Shown piece after piece: positions 54,755 through 64,000 of a DNA stretch of 64,000 bases. The notes beneath the pieces are model-generated. The model had not been told where the DNA came from, searched no databases, and worked only from the letters and a program-made list of their open reading frames with translations. The position numbers and the translations under genes are program-made. This DNA is from a virus: IMG/VR virus record IMGVR_UViG_3300037042_003348, positions 3,965-67,964 of that record. The stretch is one strand, 5' to 3'. How positions within the stretch are numbered: position 1 is the stretch's first letter; every line of letters begins with the position of its first letter.

Positions 54755-55603
54755 ATGGACACGCATTTTGAAGAACTATCGACCCGAATGTTTTCGCCCC
54801 GCTTGTGGAAAGGGTTTGGCTCTCCAACAAGCATGAATCCTACTGGAAGTTCGTTCCAGACTCCAAGCGGTAATTCTGCTTTTGGGTTCTTTGACGACTT
54901 CATGACGTTCAATGCAACGTCGCTCGTTGGCCCGTGGATGAACTTGCTCACGACTGGTTGTACGGCTGCTCTGGCTGCTGATACGGCGACCGAAAAGGGA
55001 GTTTTGGCGTTGGCAGTGGATGGTAATGCCGCAAACGATGAAGCGATCATTAAGTGGGGTGGATTGGCAAGTGCGCCGTTCTTCCTTGCAAACAGCGATT
55101 TGGCTTTCGAGTGTCGGTTGTCTGTTTCGGCGATCACAGCTGCCAAGTGGTCGTACGGTATTGGTCTTGGAGAGGCCAACATGATCGTGACTGATGGTTT
55201 GTTTGTGGACACAACGGGAGTCTTGGCAGACAGGAATTTTGTTGGGTTCAACCACCTTTCGGCTGAAGGGGCTGCGATTGATGCAGCTTATAAGGCTGAT
55301 GGCCAGACGTACCAAGACGGTGCGACTAAGACAAAGCTGAACGCTTTGCACACTGCGGTAGCTTCTTCTTATGTCAAGCTCGGGTTCCGTTACCGTGCCG
55401 CTTCGAAGTCGTTGGAATTTTATGTCAACGGCAGACTTGCTGGATCCGCTTCGTCGCCAGCACGCTTGACATCTTCTGAGCTTGATGCGGCAACGTTCCC
55501 TGACGATGCGTTCCTCGCTCCGATCATCGGCATTAAGGACATTGCTGGTAATGCTGCGTTGACAATCAATATCGATTGGGTGGCTGGCGCTCAATACGAG
55601 TAA
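54755..55603 (+). CDS. Putative capsid decoration/minor structural protein
   Basis: 'FFDDF..W..', 'KLGFRY..LEFYVNG', 'INIDWV' jelly-roll-like pattern; post-MCP position. Confidence 0.65.
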   Translation: MDTHFEELSTRMFSPRLWKGFGSPTSMNPTGSSFQTPSGNSAFGFFDDFMTFNATSLVGPWMNLLTTGCTAALAADTATEKGVLALAVDGNAANDEAIIKWGGLASAPFFLANSDLAFECRLSVSAITAAKWSYGIGLGEANMIVTDGLFVDTTGVLADRNFVGFNHLSAEGAAIDAAYKADGQTYQDGATKTKLNALHTAVASSYVKLGFRYRAASKSLEFYVNGRLAGSASSPARLTSSELDAATFPDDAFLAPIIGIKDIAGNAALTINIDWVAGAQYE

Positions 55604-55622
55604 GCATCGCTCGTGTTTGCTT

Positions 55623-55660
55623 ATGCTGGGGCGAGCATTCCCGCCCCAGCATTTGGCTTT
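55623..55660 (+). terminator. Putative terminator
   Basis: ATGCTGGGGCG/CGCCCCAGCAT stem with weak T tract. Confidence 0.5.
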
Positions 55661-55693
55661 AGCTTCTTTTCAGCTAACTTCTAGGGCAGGTCA

Positions 55694-56350
55694 ATGCAAG
55701 ATGATAAATGGATGTCCATTATGGATTGCGAATCAATCAGAGCTTTTGTTTGCAATTGCCACGTTCCAATCATTGTTTCTGGCACTGACGGCACGATCCA
55801 TTGGGCCAACGACGAGTTCTGCGAATGGTCTGGCTACACCGTTCAGGAGCTACGGCAGGTTGGCTGGGTCAAGCTTTCGGCAGATGGCGACAGCATTCAA
55901 TCGGATATGTCTCTCGCAAACGATCTCAACGGATACCGACTCACGTATAGCGTTCAAAAGCAGTATGTGCCAAAGAACGACAAGCCTCAGTGGGGGACGC
56001 TCACGGTCATGCGGTATCCTGCAAGCGGTCAAATACAGTATTGCTTTTGTACGTGGCATCCACATAAGAATGGGACGCAAGTAGCGTTCGACATGGCGAT
56101 GAAAGAACTAGGAAAACTTACCATGCAGATCGAAGGAAATAGAATTGAGATCGCCAAGCTTAACGCTGCTACGACGGAGGATGTGTTTATGTCGTCAGGG
56201 GTAAAGTTGCTCAAAGCAAATCCCAAGGTAGCATGGGCTTTGTTTGTTATTGTGCTAGGCATCTTTGGGTTCAATAACATCCTGCAAATAGTCACCGGCC
56301 TTAACTTGTTGCCTCAGCACCAAAATCACATTAACGGTCCAGCAAAGTAG
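55694..56350 (+). CDS. PAS-domain protein with coiled coil and C-terminal transmembrane helix
   Basis: 'PIIVSGTDGTIHWANDEFCEWSGYTVQEL', PAC-like 'QKQYVPKNDKPQW'; TM 'VAWALFVIVLGIFGF'. Confidence 0.75.
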   Translation: MQDDKWMSIMDCESIRAFVCNCHVPIIVSGTDGTIHWANDEFCEWSGYTVQELRQVGWVKLSADGDSIQSDMSLANDLNGYRLTYSVQKQYVPKNDKPQWGTLTVMRYPASGQIQYCFCTWHPHKNGTQVAFDMAMKELGKLTMQIEGNRIEIAKLNAATTEDVFMSSGVKLLKANPKVAWALFVIVLGIFGFNNILQIVTGLNLLPQHQNHINGPAK

Positions 56351-56377
56351 CAAACGGCTGGAAAGGTAGGTAGGTAA

Positions 56378-57637
56378 GTGCCACAGATCAATCCAACCGT
56401 CGTAGGTAAGCAGTTGATACTCAGCGCTGACGCCGCGTCAGCTCGGACTGTGCTTCAGCTTGGAAGCACCGACAGCCCCACTCTTGCTGGTTTGACGATC
56501 AATGGGAACTTGACTGCGACTGGAACGCTCACCTCGGCTAACGCTGCTTACCCGTTAGCTACTGTTAAAATCATGCAGGGCACAGGGACTGGTGTTTTTA
56601 CAGGCAGCACTACGACACAGGGTATAAAGTTTCAAGAGACCGCTGGTGTAGATAGAGGATCGATTTACTGCGACGACTCTGGCGTAATGAATTTTCGATC
56701 TGTATTTGGTACTTACGTATCCATACACAATGCGATAACTATGCAAGTTGGCTCGTCTTCTTTTGGAGCCACTCTTTACATTGGCACTCCTGGATTGGTT
56801 GTTAGAAACCGAACAGACACAGCCTTTGGTCCAGTATCGTGCAGTAATTTAGTAGGTAGCGGGACGATCACGGCATCAGGCACAGGCACCCACACATTTG
56901 GCACGACAAATACGGTGACGATGGCAGCGGGGGTGTTAAAAACCATTGCTGGTACTAAATCAGCCCCATCTCTTCAGCTAGGCTACGCGGCAAGCAATAC
57001 AGGTCTTTACGGTTCGGCAGGTGGCACAACTCCAGGACTTGGGCTTACGATTGGGGGCAATTCGTATTTTGTAACAGGGGACTCAAACACGGGGTTTTGC
57101 ATCCATCCCGCGTGGGGATATTGCTGGGGCAATTCGCAAGCAGATAGCACGGTTGATACGCGATTAACAAGGGCATCTGCTGGTGTTGTTCAACTTGGAA
57201 CCACAGCAGTTAATGCTCTTGGTTCTTTGCTACTCACTAACCTAACCGCTAGCGGGACTGTTCAGTTTGTTAATGCCAATCTGAATGAAACCAATGTGCA
57301 AGGATTACAAAACTTTACAGCCAGACTTAAAGGAAACGACACGTTAGAAGTGGCGATAACGTCCTCTGGCGTAGATGATGGTTGGCAACCTGCTTCGATG
57401 TTTCTTAATACAGAAGATGGGATAGGTTTAGCACACGGTTTAGGAAGGCTAGATATCGCAAATAACTTTGTATTTGTCGCTTCTAGTGGTAGAGAACTTG
57501 GTGTATCTCCTACTGGCTACCTCGTATCAAGTCCGACAGATTTCCGAACTGCTGCCCAGGCACAAAAAACAATCACTTCCGGCACACCAGCACCAAGCGG
57601 TGGTGTCGATGGCGACATTTATTTACGATACACATAG
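56378..57637 (+). CDS. Tail fibre protein
   Basis: Gly/Thr/Ser-rich; 'ADAASARTVLQLG', 'SPTLAGLTI'; C-terminal 'SGTPAPSGGVDGDIYLRY'. Confidence 0.75.
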   Translation: MPQINPTVVGKQLILSADAASARTVLQLGSTDSPTLAGLTINGNLTATGTLTSANAAYPLATVKIMQGTGTGVFTGSTTTQGIKFQETAGVDRGSIYCDDSGVMNFRSVFGTYVSIHNAITMQVGSSSFGATLYIGTPGLVVRNRTDTAFGPVSCSNLVGSGTITASGTGTHTFGTTNTVTMAAGVLKTIAGTKSAPSLQLGYAASNTGLYGSAGGTTPGLGLTIGGNSYFVTGDSNTGFCIHPAWGYCWGNSQADSTVDTRLTRASAGVVQLGTTAVNALGSLLLTNLTASGTVQFVNANLNETNVQGLQNFTARLKGNDTLEVAITSSGVDDGWQPASMFLNTEDGIGLAHGLGRLDIANNFVFVASSGRELGVSPTGYLVSSPTDFRTAAQAQKTITSGTPAPSGGVDGDIYLRYT

Positions 57638-57649
57638 GAGTAATATATA

Positions 57650-58048
57650 ATGCCAGACAACGTAGCATACACACCAGGATCGGGGGCGACGATTGCAGCC
57701 GATGAAATAAGCGGTGTGCTTTACCAACGGATCAAGCCGACTGTGGGTGACGATGGTGCAGCGGTTGACGTTAGCCATAGCAACCCAATGCCAGTGGTTG
57801 CAAATCAATCCGACGATTTACTTCGCATGCTTTCTCGGCTTGTAAAGCTAATGGAATCAAATGCTGTTGTCGATCAGCAACAGCGTCAACGAGTTACCAT
57901 TGACGCAATTAGTGGTAGCCTCACCCTGGCAGCCGTGTCCTCGGTTTCCAATGTCGTAAGTAATGCTGGCATGGATAGAGAACAGTACATCAACATTGCC
58001 AAGAACACGTATGCCAATTCAATTCGATCAAAGCTGGAGTTTGTCTAA
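57650..58048 (+). CDS. Putative tail-associated protein
   Basis: 'GATIAADEISGVLYQRIK..DVSHSNPMPV' structural motif; AGGAG RBS. Confidence 0.6.
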   Translation: MPDNVAYTPGSGATIAADEISGVLYQRIKPTVGDDGAAVDVSHSNPMPVVANQSDDLLRMLSRLVKLMESNAVVDQQQRQRVTIDAISGSLTLAAVSSVSNVVSNAGMDREQYINIAKNTYANSIRSKLEFV

Positions 58049-60678
58049 TGCCTGCACTTAATAAAAACACATTGACGCAACAAGTTGATTTACCAACCTG
58101 GGAATGGACTCGTTTTGCTCCAGTGGTGTCGTCAGCAGTTTCTTCGTCCTGCTCCGCAGATAACGGCAAATTTATGCCTTCTGAGCATGGGCGATATATT
58201 TACTACATGATATCTGCTGTGAACTTCTGGCGATATGACACGTGGACAGACGTGTACCAGCAGTTGCAGTCACCTCCAATCGCACCACTTACGTTTAGCT
58301 CGATGAAGTTTGCAGGTGCGATTGGTCCAGAAGGGAAAGTCCTTTCTGCAACATCAACGACTCTTCAGCTTCCTGCAATCACACAAAACGCGATGGTAGG
58401 ATATGACGTTGTTATTGTCAGCGGGACAGGTGCTGGACAGCGCCGAACAATCACAGCTTGTGCTGAACCTGTTGTCGCAAACAGCGGAGTTGCAACAGCA
58501 GTAGCCAATGCTCTTGGTGGCATTTCTATTACTGACACTCTCAAGTCTTTTAACGTAAACCAATACGAAGGGTACACGTTACGAGTCGCCAACACTCCAG
58601 CTGGCAATGCAGGGCAAATAAGAAGAATCCTAAGCAATACTGCGACGGTTTTGACTATTGCAGATACTACACAGATGAACAAGCCATGGAACAATCCAAC
58701 GATTTTCAATCCGGCTATTTCAGCAACAGCAGGTGCCCAGACTTTTTACAGCATTGAAAGCCAAGTTGTAACGGTTGATTCGGCGTGGGTTGTTACCCCT
58801 GACTCAACGTCAGTGTTTCGCATTCAAAGCGGTATGGTGCTTGTTGGCAGTGGTTCATCTGGGTCTCCATTTTACACAATGCAGGCATACGACATACTCA
58901 CCGACACGTGGTATATCCTGCCTTCCTACACGAACATGTTTGCTGCGGCACTTACAGACTTGTCGATTGAGCGAACAACCGAAAACTCGTGCATCTGGGA
59001 GCGTGGCATTGCGACAGGTGGCACAGCAACTACACTTGTTGACGCAACACATGGAGTTGATTCTGCTGCTTGGAAAACAAATGAGTGGGCTGGATACTAC
59101 GTGTATGTTTATTCAGGTGCGGCAGAGGGGCTAATTCGAAAGATCGATAGCAACACCGAAACGACGCTAACCTGGACAGGAAATGCTTCGCCACACACCA
59201 ACGCAACCAGTCGTTATTTAATACTAGGCTTTGATGCTGGAACCGCATCGTCTGGTGCTTCGACAACGATTACCGACTCCACAAAGGCATGGGAAGTAAA
59301 CCGCTGGGTAAATTACAAGGTGTGTATTCTTTTCGGAACTGGTCGTGGGCAAAGTCGAGTCATTTCTAGCAATACGTCTACTGCTATTACTGTTCAGAAC
59401 GCTTGGAGCGTCAGCCCAGACAGCACTTCTGTTTACGCAATTCAGAGTGATCCAGATAAGTTGTATTTAGTAAGCGGTGGCAATGCTGCATACTTAATGC
59501 ACAACATGGATTCAAGCACACCAACCTTTGGTCGGCAAACAGATTGGGGTATTGCTAGTGGTGCATCGGCATCAGTAGCGGGATACCAGCCAGTAGCAAT
59601 TGCTTCTGCGACATGGGCAGCAAACGTAGCAACTGTTACAACGGCACATCCTCACCAGTTTAAGGTTGGCGATTCAGTGACGGTGGCAGGTGTAACAACG
59701 GCAATAAGCCTCAACGGCACATTTTCCATTGCCACAGTTGCATCTGCTACCACCTTTGCTTACGCATTAACAGGTAGTGGTTCTCCAGCGGTAACGGCAC
59801 AGTCCACGACAACGCTGATTGATGCCACAAAGAACTGGACGACTAACGAACATGCTGGTCGTTTGTGTTACATGAACACCGTAGCCATTACAGCTGCTTC
59901 TGGCGCAACCACAGGGCAGGTTGTCAGGATAGCCAGCAACACGGCAAATACGTTGACGTTTGCGGCAACCGTAACTGCTCCAGTTAGCGGCGTTAGTAGA
60001 TACTCAATTGCAACAGGAAGTGCTATTAGCGCCTTGGATTCGGGAGTGGCAACAGGTACACAATCGACAACCACAATTCAAGACACATCAAAGTCTTGGG
60101 CGGTAAATATTTACGCAGGTCGTCGTGTGCGATTGTTGTCAGGGTCTGGATCACCAATCGAAGTTATTATCTCTAGCAACACATCCAACACCCTAACAGT
60201 TTCGACCATCACAACCCCAACAGCAGCCGCAACACAGTATGTGATTCTTGCTGCAAACGCAAAGGGTGTTGGAACAAGCGCAAACTGGGCTTTCGGCACA
60301 TCGCTTGCGTCGTACCGTGGCAAATACATCTTTGTGACTCGTGGTGGAGGTCAATATGGATTTGAGCGTATTGATTTAACGACTGATCAAGTCAGTGTTA
60401 TCAACACTCAGCCACTCAGCGAGACGCTGACGACAGGAACAATGACGGCATACGATGGGTTGGATTGCGTCTATTTCCACAAAGACAACACCCAACGAGT
60501 TATGTGCTTGAATGTCGTGACCGGAAGGATCAATGGAGGCAGTATGTACCCGTATGTTGCACCAACAGCAGTAATCGGAAATCGAATGGAAATCTTTACC
60601 ACGAAAGACGGACTGAAGTACTTATGGCTTAATCGTGCTAGTAACGCTGAATGTTTCCGCTGTCTCTTGTATTGGTAA
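58048..60678 (+). CDS. Large tail/receptor-binding protein: beta-propeller-like ends with repeated beta modules
   Basis: Repeats 'G.A....TT..D..K.W..N...G......G.G....I.SNT...LT'; 'YDTWTDVY', 'YDILTDTW'. Confidence 0.7.
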   Translation: MPALNKNTLTQQVDLPTWEWTRFAPVVSSAVSSSCSADNGKFMPSEHGRYIYYMISAVNFWRYDTWTDVYQQLQSPPIAPLTFSSMKFAGAIGPEGKVLSATSTTLQLPAITQNAMVGYDVVIVSGTGAGQRRTITACAEPVVANSGVATAVANALGGISITDTLKSFNVNQYEGYTLRVANTPAGNAGQIRRILSNTATVLTIADTTQMNKPWNNPTIFNPAISATAGAQTFYSIESQVVTVDSAWVVTPDSTSVFRIQSGMVLVGSGSSGSPFYTMQAYDILTDTWYILPSYTNMFAAALTDLSIERTTENSCIWERGIATGGTATTLVDATHGVDSAAWKTNEWAGYYVYVYSGAAEGLIRKIDSNTETTLTWTGNASPHTNATSRYLILGFDAGTASSGASTTITDSTKAWEVNRWVNYKVCILFGTGRGQSRVISSNTSTAITVQNAWSVSPDSTSVYAIQSDPDKLYLVSGGNAAYLMHNMDSSTPTFGRQTDWGIASGASASVAGYQPVAIASATWAANVATVTTAHPHQFKVGDSVTVAGVTTAISLNGTFSIATVASATTFAYALTGSGSPAVTAQSTTTLIDATKNWTTNEHAGRLCYMNTVAITAASGATTGQVVRIASNTANTLTFAATVTAPVSGVSRYSIATGSAISALDSGVATGTQSTTTIQDTSKSWAVNIYAGRRVRLLSGSGSPIEVIISSNTSNTLTVSTITTPTAAATQYVILAANAKGVGTSANWAFGTSLASYRGKYIFVTRGGGQYGFERIDLTTDQVSVINTQPLSETLTTGTMTAYDGLDCVYFHKDNTQRVMCLNVVTGRINGGSMYPYVAPTAVIGNRMEIFTTKDGLKYLWLNRASNAECFRCLLYW

Positions 60679-60683
60679 TCAAC

Positions 60684-60833
60684 ATGCTATTAACATTATT
60701 GTCACCTGCACCGACTAGGTTCTATATTCGAGTAGGTGGAGTTTGGAAAGAGGCGGCGGTTTTTATTCGCGTTGGTGGAGTTTGGAAAGCTGCTTTACCA
60801 GCAATTAAAGTAACAGGAACTTGGAACACATAA
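60684..60833 (+). CDS. Small tail-fibre adaptor-like peptide
   Basis: IRVGGVWK twice plus IKVTGTW. Confidence 0.55.
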   Translation: MLLTLLSPAPTRFYIRVGGVWKEAAVFIRVGGVWKAALPAIKVTGTWNT

Positions 60834-60835
60834 TT

Positions 60836-61159
60836 ATGGCAACAAAAAAAGTAGTTTTTGAATTTCCCGCTGAAGCATGGGAAGGCATTGTCATGGCTCT
60901 CACTCAATACGAGTGGCCTGCAACAATTCCCAACCCTGCTTACAACGGCAGCGACCCAACTATCCCTCCGATGATCCCCAACACGGGTGATCGAGGAGAG
61001 GCAGCAACTAGACATATTCAGAAGTATGTTGAAGAACGATTTAAGCAATGGGCGATCCAAGAAAGAATGTCTGTTGTAAATCAGCAAGCACAAGCCGAGG
61101 TATCGGCAATAGCTTTGGCGGTTACATCAGCAACCCTAACTTCTGTTGTCGATGCATGA
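60836..61159 (+). CDS. Hypothetical tail-associated protein
   Basis: 'IPNP..IPN' motif; operon position. Confidence 0.6.
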   Translation: MATKKVVFEFPAEAWEGIVMALTQYEWPATIPNPAYNGSDPTIPPMIPNTGDRGEAATRHIQKYVEERFKQWAIQERMSVVNQQAQAEVSAIALAVTSATLTSVVDA

Positions 61160-61323
61160 TACTCTACGACTTCATCGGTCCCTGGCTGTATTGGCCTTTG
61201 GTGGTAATCGTCATTGCTGGTACAGTCACTTGGACATCAAATTGTATTTCAGTAACTTGGTCGGAAGGCTTGAAGCAGATTCAAGAGATCCGACGCAACA
61301 TTAAATCGAAGGAAGACAGATGA
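61156..61323 (+). CDS. Small membrane protein
   Basis: ATGA coupling; one TM helix. Confidence 0.5.
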   Translation: MILYDFIGPWLYWPLVVIVIAGTVTWTSNCISVTWSEGLKQIQEIRRNIKSKEDR

Positions 61324-61481
61324 ACATTGCCGAACTATCCGACACCGAATTAAAGGCACTAGCTTTCGAGCAAATTTGTCAACGCGACCAAGCAGTGCAA
61401 AACCTGCAAGTGATTGTTGAGGAAATTACCAATCGCTCTAAGGCGAAGCAGGAAATCAAACCAGAAGCAGAGAAGTCGTAA
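61320..61481 (+). CDS. Small coiled-coil protein, chaperone-like (absent from ORF track)
   Basis: MNIAELSDTELKALAFEQICQRDQAVQNLQVIVEEITNR..; AAGGA RBS; ATGA coupling. Confidence 0.6.
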   Translation: MNIAELSDTELKALAFEQICQRDQAVQNLQVIVEEITNRSKAKQEIKPEAEKS

Positions 61482-61497
61482 CTTAATTGGAACCGCA

Positions 61498-61791
61498 ATG
61501 GCATCAATAACCTTGACAGTACTCGACACTCCAGGATTAACGCTATATGCGTTTCCAACAAACCAATCACTGGCGAGCTGGACGACGTATCGTGTGTTGA
61601 TGACCGGATCGTCTGGCCGTTACACCTGTACCATTGACGATACGAACGGGATGGAGTGGGGGATCTATGTCGGGGCGTCAGCTCCAGCAACGTATGACCT
61701 TGCACGGTGGACCCAGCAGTATGGCGATATGGCTGGCGGTGGTGGCTCAGTTAACGTAACAGTTGAAGATCAAAGTATAACCTTGGGGTAG
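61498..61791 (+). CDS. Hypothetical structural protein
   Basis: Beta-rich composition; operon position. Confidence 0.55.
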   Translation: MASITLTVLDTPGLTLYAFPTNQSLASWTTYRVLMTGSSGRYTCTIDDTNGMEWGIYVGASAPATYDLARWTQQYGDMAGGGGSVNVTVEDQSITLG

Positions 61792-61793
61792 CT

Positions 61794-63044
61794 ATGGCTC
61801 GCATCATTCGAAAAGTATTCAAGGTCGATAATGTTCCGACTGACGTAACGTCAGCAGTGCTGTCCGACCCCACCAATGCGTTTGGTGTAAAGCGGAACGA
61901 CACCAATGCGGTTGTGGTTGCAAACAATACGGCAATGACTAGGGTGTCTGCTGGAACGTACGAGTACGAGTTTAGCGACATCACAGGCGTTTCTTACACA
62001 GCCTACGTCGAAATGGTGTACGCTGGATCAACGTACAACTTTGAGGTGGACTTTGCAGCTCGCACCAGCCCCAACAGTGGCACTGTTAGCTACTTGAGCT
62101 TGGTCGATCGCGTGGGCCGATACTTGTTTGGAGGTGACGCAGGTGCCTCGTATGCTGCCGATCAGTTGACAAAAATTGGTGACTGTATTCACGACGGCCT
62201 CTATCGTGTCTACTCAGCTCACGAGTGGTCGTTCTTTCGTCCGTTGGCAGACGTAACCACAACCGCTCCGTACGTCACAGGAATGATTACGATCGCAGCT
62301 GGTGTTGTCACGCTTACTGGAGGCACGTTTCCATCCTGGGCGGCTGACGGAATCTTAAGGGTGAACAACAGGTACTATTCGGTAGCAAGCAGGGGAAGTG
62401 GAACGCAAGTGACTCTTAACGACACCTCTGTGGCTGTAGCCAGTGCCTCAAGCTACAGCCTTGCTAGGCCAGAGATTGACATGCCGTCAGCGTTCGACTC
62501 CGTTTCGAACGACAGCGATTTGGCTTACTACCCAGGCGAAGAAAACTGGTATCCATCTGTACGCTGGCGACACGACTCGGCGATCCGTTCTCTGGAAGCT
62601 GGCTCGCCAGAGTTTAATCGGCCTGCGTTGTATTCCGTAAGGACAAAAGAGTTTGATCCGTCAGTTGGAAGCCGAAAGTCGCTCGCGTTCTATCCCGCTC
62701 CCGATGCTGCCTATGTGCTTCGAGTCCCAATGATTTTGCGGCCTGTCGACCTGGATGACTCTAATCCTTATCCGATTGGAGGGGAAATGCTGAGTCAGGT
62801 CATTCTGGAGGCTTGCTTGGCCGCTGCGGAGCATAATTACGAGGAAAGGGAGCATGTTCACGAGAAGCGATTCATGGAAATGATTGTTTTTGCGATCCAA
62901 AAAGACCAGGAGCGATCTAGCCCAACGAGCCTCGGTTCAGACTCCCCGAGGGGCGTTGGTGGTAAATTTGGCGTTTTCGACTATGATTATCGTTCTCGGG
63001 AACAACGACTTGGTAGGCTGATATTTGATGGAGACACGTTATGA
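61794..63044 (+). CDS. Head-tail adaptor (podovirus tail-tubular-A-like) with extra beta domains
   Basis: 'IHDGLYRVYSAHEWSF', 'MPSAF', 'FYPAPDAAYVL' adaptor motifs. Confidence 0.7.
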   Translation: MARIIRKVFKVDNVPTDVTSAVLSDPTNAFGVKRNDTNAVVVANNTAMTRVSAGTYEYEFSDITGVSYTAYVEMVYAGSTYNFEVDFAARTSPNSGTVSYLSLVDRVGRYLFGGDAGASYAADQLTKIGDCIHDGLYRVYSAHEWSFFRPLADVTTTAPYVTGMITIAAGVVTLTGGTFPSWAADGILRVNNRYYSVASRGSGTQVTLNDTSVAVASASSYSLARPEIDMPSAFDSVSNDSDLAYYPGEENWYPSVRWRHDSAIRSLEAGSPEFNRPALYSVRTKEFDPSVGSRKSLAFYPAPDAAYVLRVPMILRPVDLDDSNPYPIGGEMLSQVILEACLAAAEHNYEEREHVHEKRFMEMIVFAIQKDQERSSPTSLGSDSPRGVGGKFGVFDYDYRSREQRLGRLIFDGDTL

Positions 63045-63364
63045 CAAATGCAAGATACAGTGCTTCGATTGAATCGGTGTCAGTCGGTACTGTCGCTGCG
63101 TCTAGCACGGCAATTAACTATGAAGACTCCAACTCTGGAATGGTCTATGTTCCAGTCGGGTCGACTATTACGACGCTTACGTGGCATGCCAGCACAAGCA
63201 TCAACGGAGCTTACCTAGCAGCTGATGACGCTGCGGGTGCTGCTTTGGTGCAAACCGTAGCGGCTGGCCAAGCACATCCGATTCCTGCTGCATTAAGCGG
63301 GGCTCGTTTTATCAAAATTACCGGCGATGTTGCTGGTGTTGTCGGAATTACCATGAAAGATTGA
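63041..63364 (+). CDS. Hypothetical structural protein
   Basis: ATGA coupling; GGAG RBS. Confidence 0.6.
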   Translation: MTNARYSASIESVSVGTVAASSTAINYEDSNSGMVYVPVGSTITTLTWHASTSINGAYLAADDAAGAALVQTVAAGQAHPIPAALSGARFIKITGDVAGVVGITMKD

Positions 63365-63393
63365 TTCTCGTTTTTTACTCAAAGGAAAAATTC

Positions 63394-63795
63394 ATGTCTG
63401 CTCCTCATACTGTTTTGTTTGATATGCTTAGGGCTTTCTCTAGCGAAGGTCCAGGGGCCGTTTCTCTAACAGCCACTTCGGCTGGAGTTCAAATTCCAGA
63501 CGAGCGGTTTATCATGCTCGTTAGGCCAACGTGGGGAGCGGTGGATAACATCCTTATCCTTCCTCCTGCGGTTCCAGGTCGGATCGTCATTGTTGCTGGT
63601 ACTGCAACTGGTGGTGAGCTCCGAACAACCTCGCCAACAACTATTGGCATCAACGGAGGTACTGGGGCTCTCGCGGAATCGGCGATCGCTGCTAACATGA
63701 TGGCGATCTTAATTTGCGAGTCGGCAACAAACTGGAAGGGTTTCACAATCGCTTCCAACGGAACCGTTACAACGCTCCAGGTTGCAGCACCGTAA
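63394..63795 (+). CDS. Hypothetical structural protein
   Basis: 'ILILPPAVPGRIV..INGG..ICESATNW' fibre/decoration-like motif. Confidence 0.6.
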   Translation: MSAPHTVLFDMLRAFSSEGPGAVSLTATSAGVQIPDERFIMLVRPTWGAVDNILILPPAVPGRIVIVAGTATGGELRTTSPTTIGINGGTGALAESAIAANMMAILICESATNWKGFTIASNGTVTTLQVAAP

Positions 63796-63803
63796 GCGAT
63801 GCT

Positions 63804-64000
63804 ATGGCCGCAAACAAAGAAATACAATTCCCCTCGGGGGTTAATAGGCGACTGTCGTTCCGTCAGGGAGCGGGAAGTCGTGACAAGTATTTCAGTCCAT
63901 GGGCAGTGAATGTTCGCACCGAGGATTTCCAAGGTCGGCTTCGCGGTGGTTCATGGGCTCAGGCGGGTGCGTCTTCAGTGCCAGCAACTCAAGCTCGATA
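63804..64000 (+). CDS. Probable tail nozzle/stabilisation protein, 3'-truncated by window edge
   Basis: MAANKEIQFPSGVNRRLSF..SPWAVNVR..GRLRGG resembles the N-terminus of podovirus nozzle proteins. Confidence 0.5.
   Translation, partial: MAANKEIQFPSGVNRRLSFRQGAGSRDKYFSPWAVNVRTEDFQGRLRGGSWAQAGASSVPATQAR

Noticed and set aside
53735-55594. Long antisense ORFs (53735-54544, 54776-55594; also 13477-14283, 19503-20318, 31402-32175)
   Set aside because: Shadows of codon-biased sense genes; no RBS or motifs
56378-60678. Diversity-generating retroelement or invertible tail-fibre cassette
   Set aside because: No reverse transcriptase, no TR/VR pair and no inverted fibre segments seen; the recombinase is 10 kb away
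1-64000. Genome-wide stop codon reassignment
   Set aside because: TGA, TAG and TAA all end well-defined genes, long ORFs are intact in code 11, and no suppressor anticodon was seen

Overview
This window is a large, circularly permuted part of a tailed dsDNA phage genome with podovirus-like architecture. The host is probably a Planctomycete (inferred from Planctomycete-style CsrA, RimI-like GNAT, secreted 'DCPNGTCP' peptide and papain+thioredoxin genes). Gene order: glycosyltransferase and ejection genes, including a 4988-aa polyvalent protein (1-18 kb); a putative peptidase-based lysis module (18-20.5 kb); recombination/replication genes (YqaJ, ERF, helicase, primase, HNH, SSB; 20.6-29 kb); two genes bounded by integron attC-like sites (29.3-30.3 kb); a minus-strand early operon (37.2->30.3 kb) ending in csrA-rimI; accessory genes with tRNA-Trp and tRNA-like RNAs behind a shared promoter motif (38.7-47.9 kb); then terminase, portal, scaffold, capsid and tail genes (48-64 kb). 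Three signals stand out. (1) Five copies of a covarying pseudoknot RNA motif sit between early-operon genes. (2) A mini array of attC-bounded cassettes carries genes antisense to the canonical attC polarity, with no integrase in view. (3) Small +1-frame genes with strong RBSs are overprinted inside the polyvalent gene, mostly across a recurring R-[YAP]-[SA]-[PVA]-x-R domain linker. All family assignments are by eye from motifs; no searches were run.
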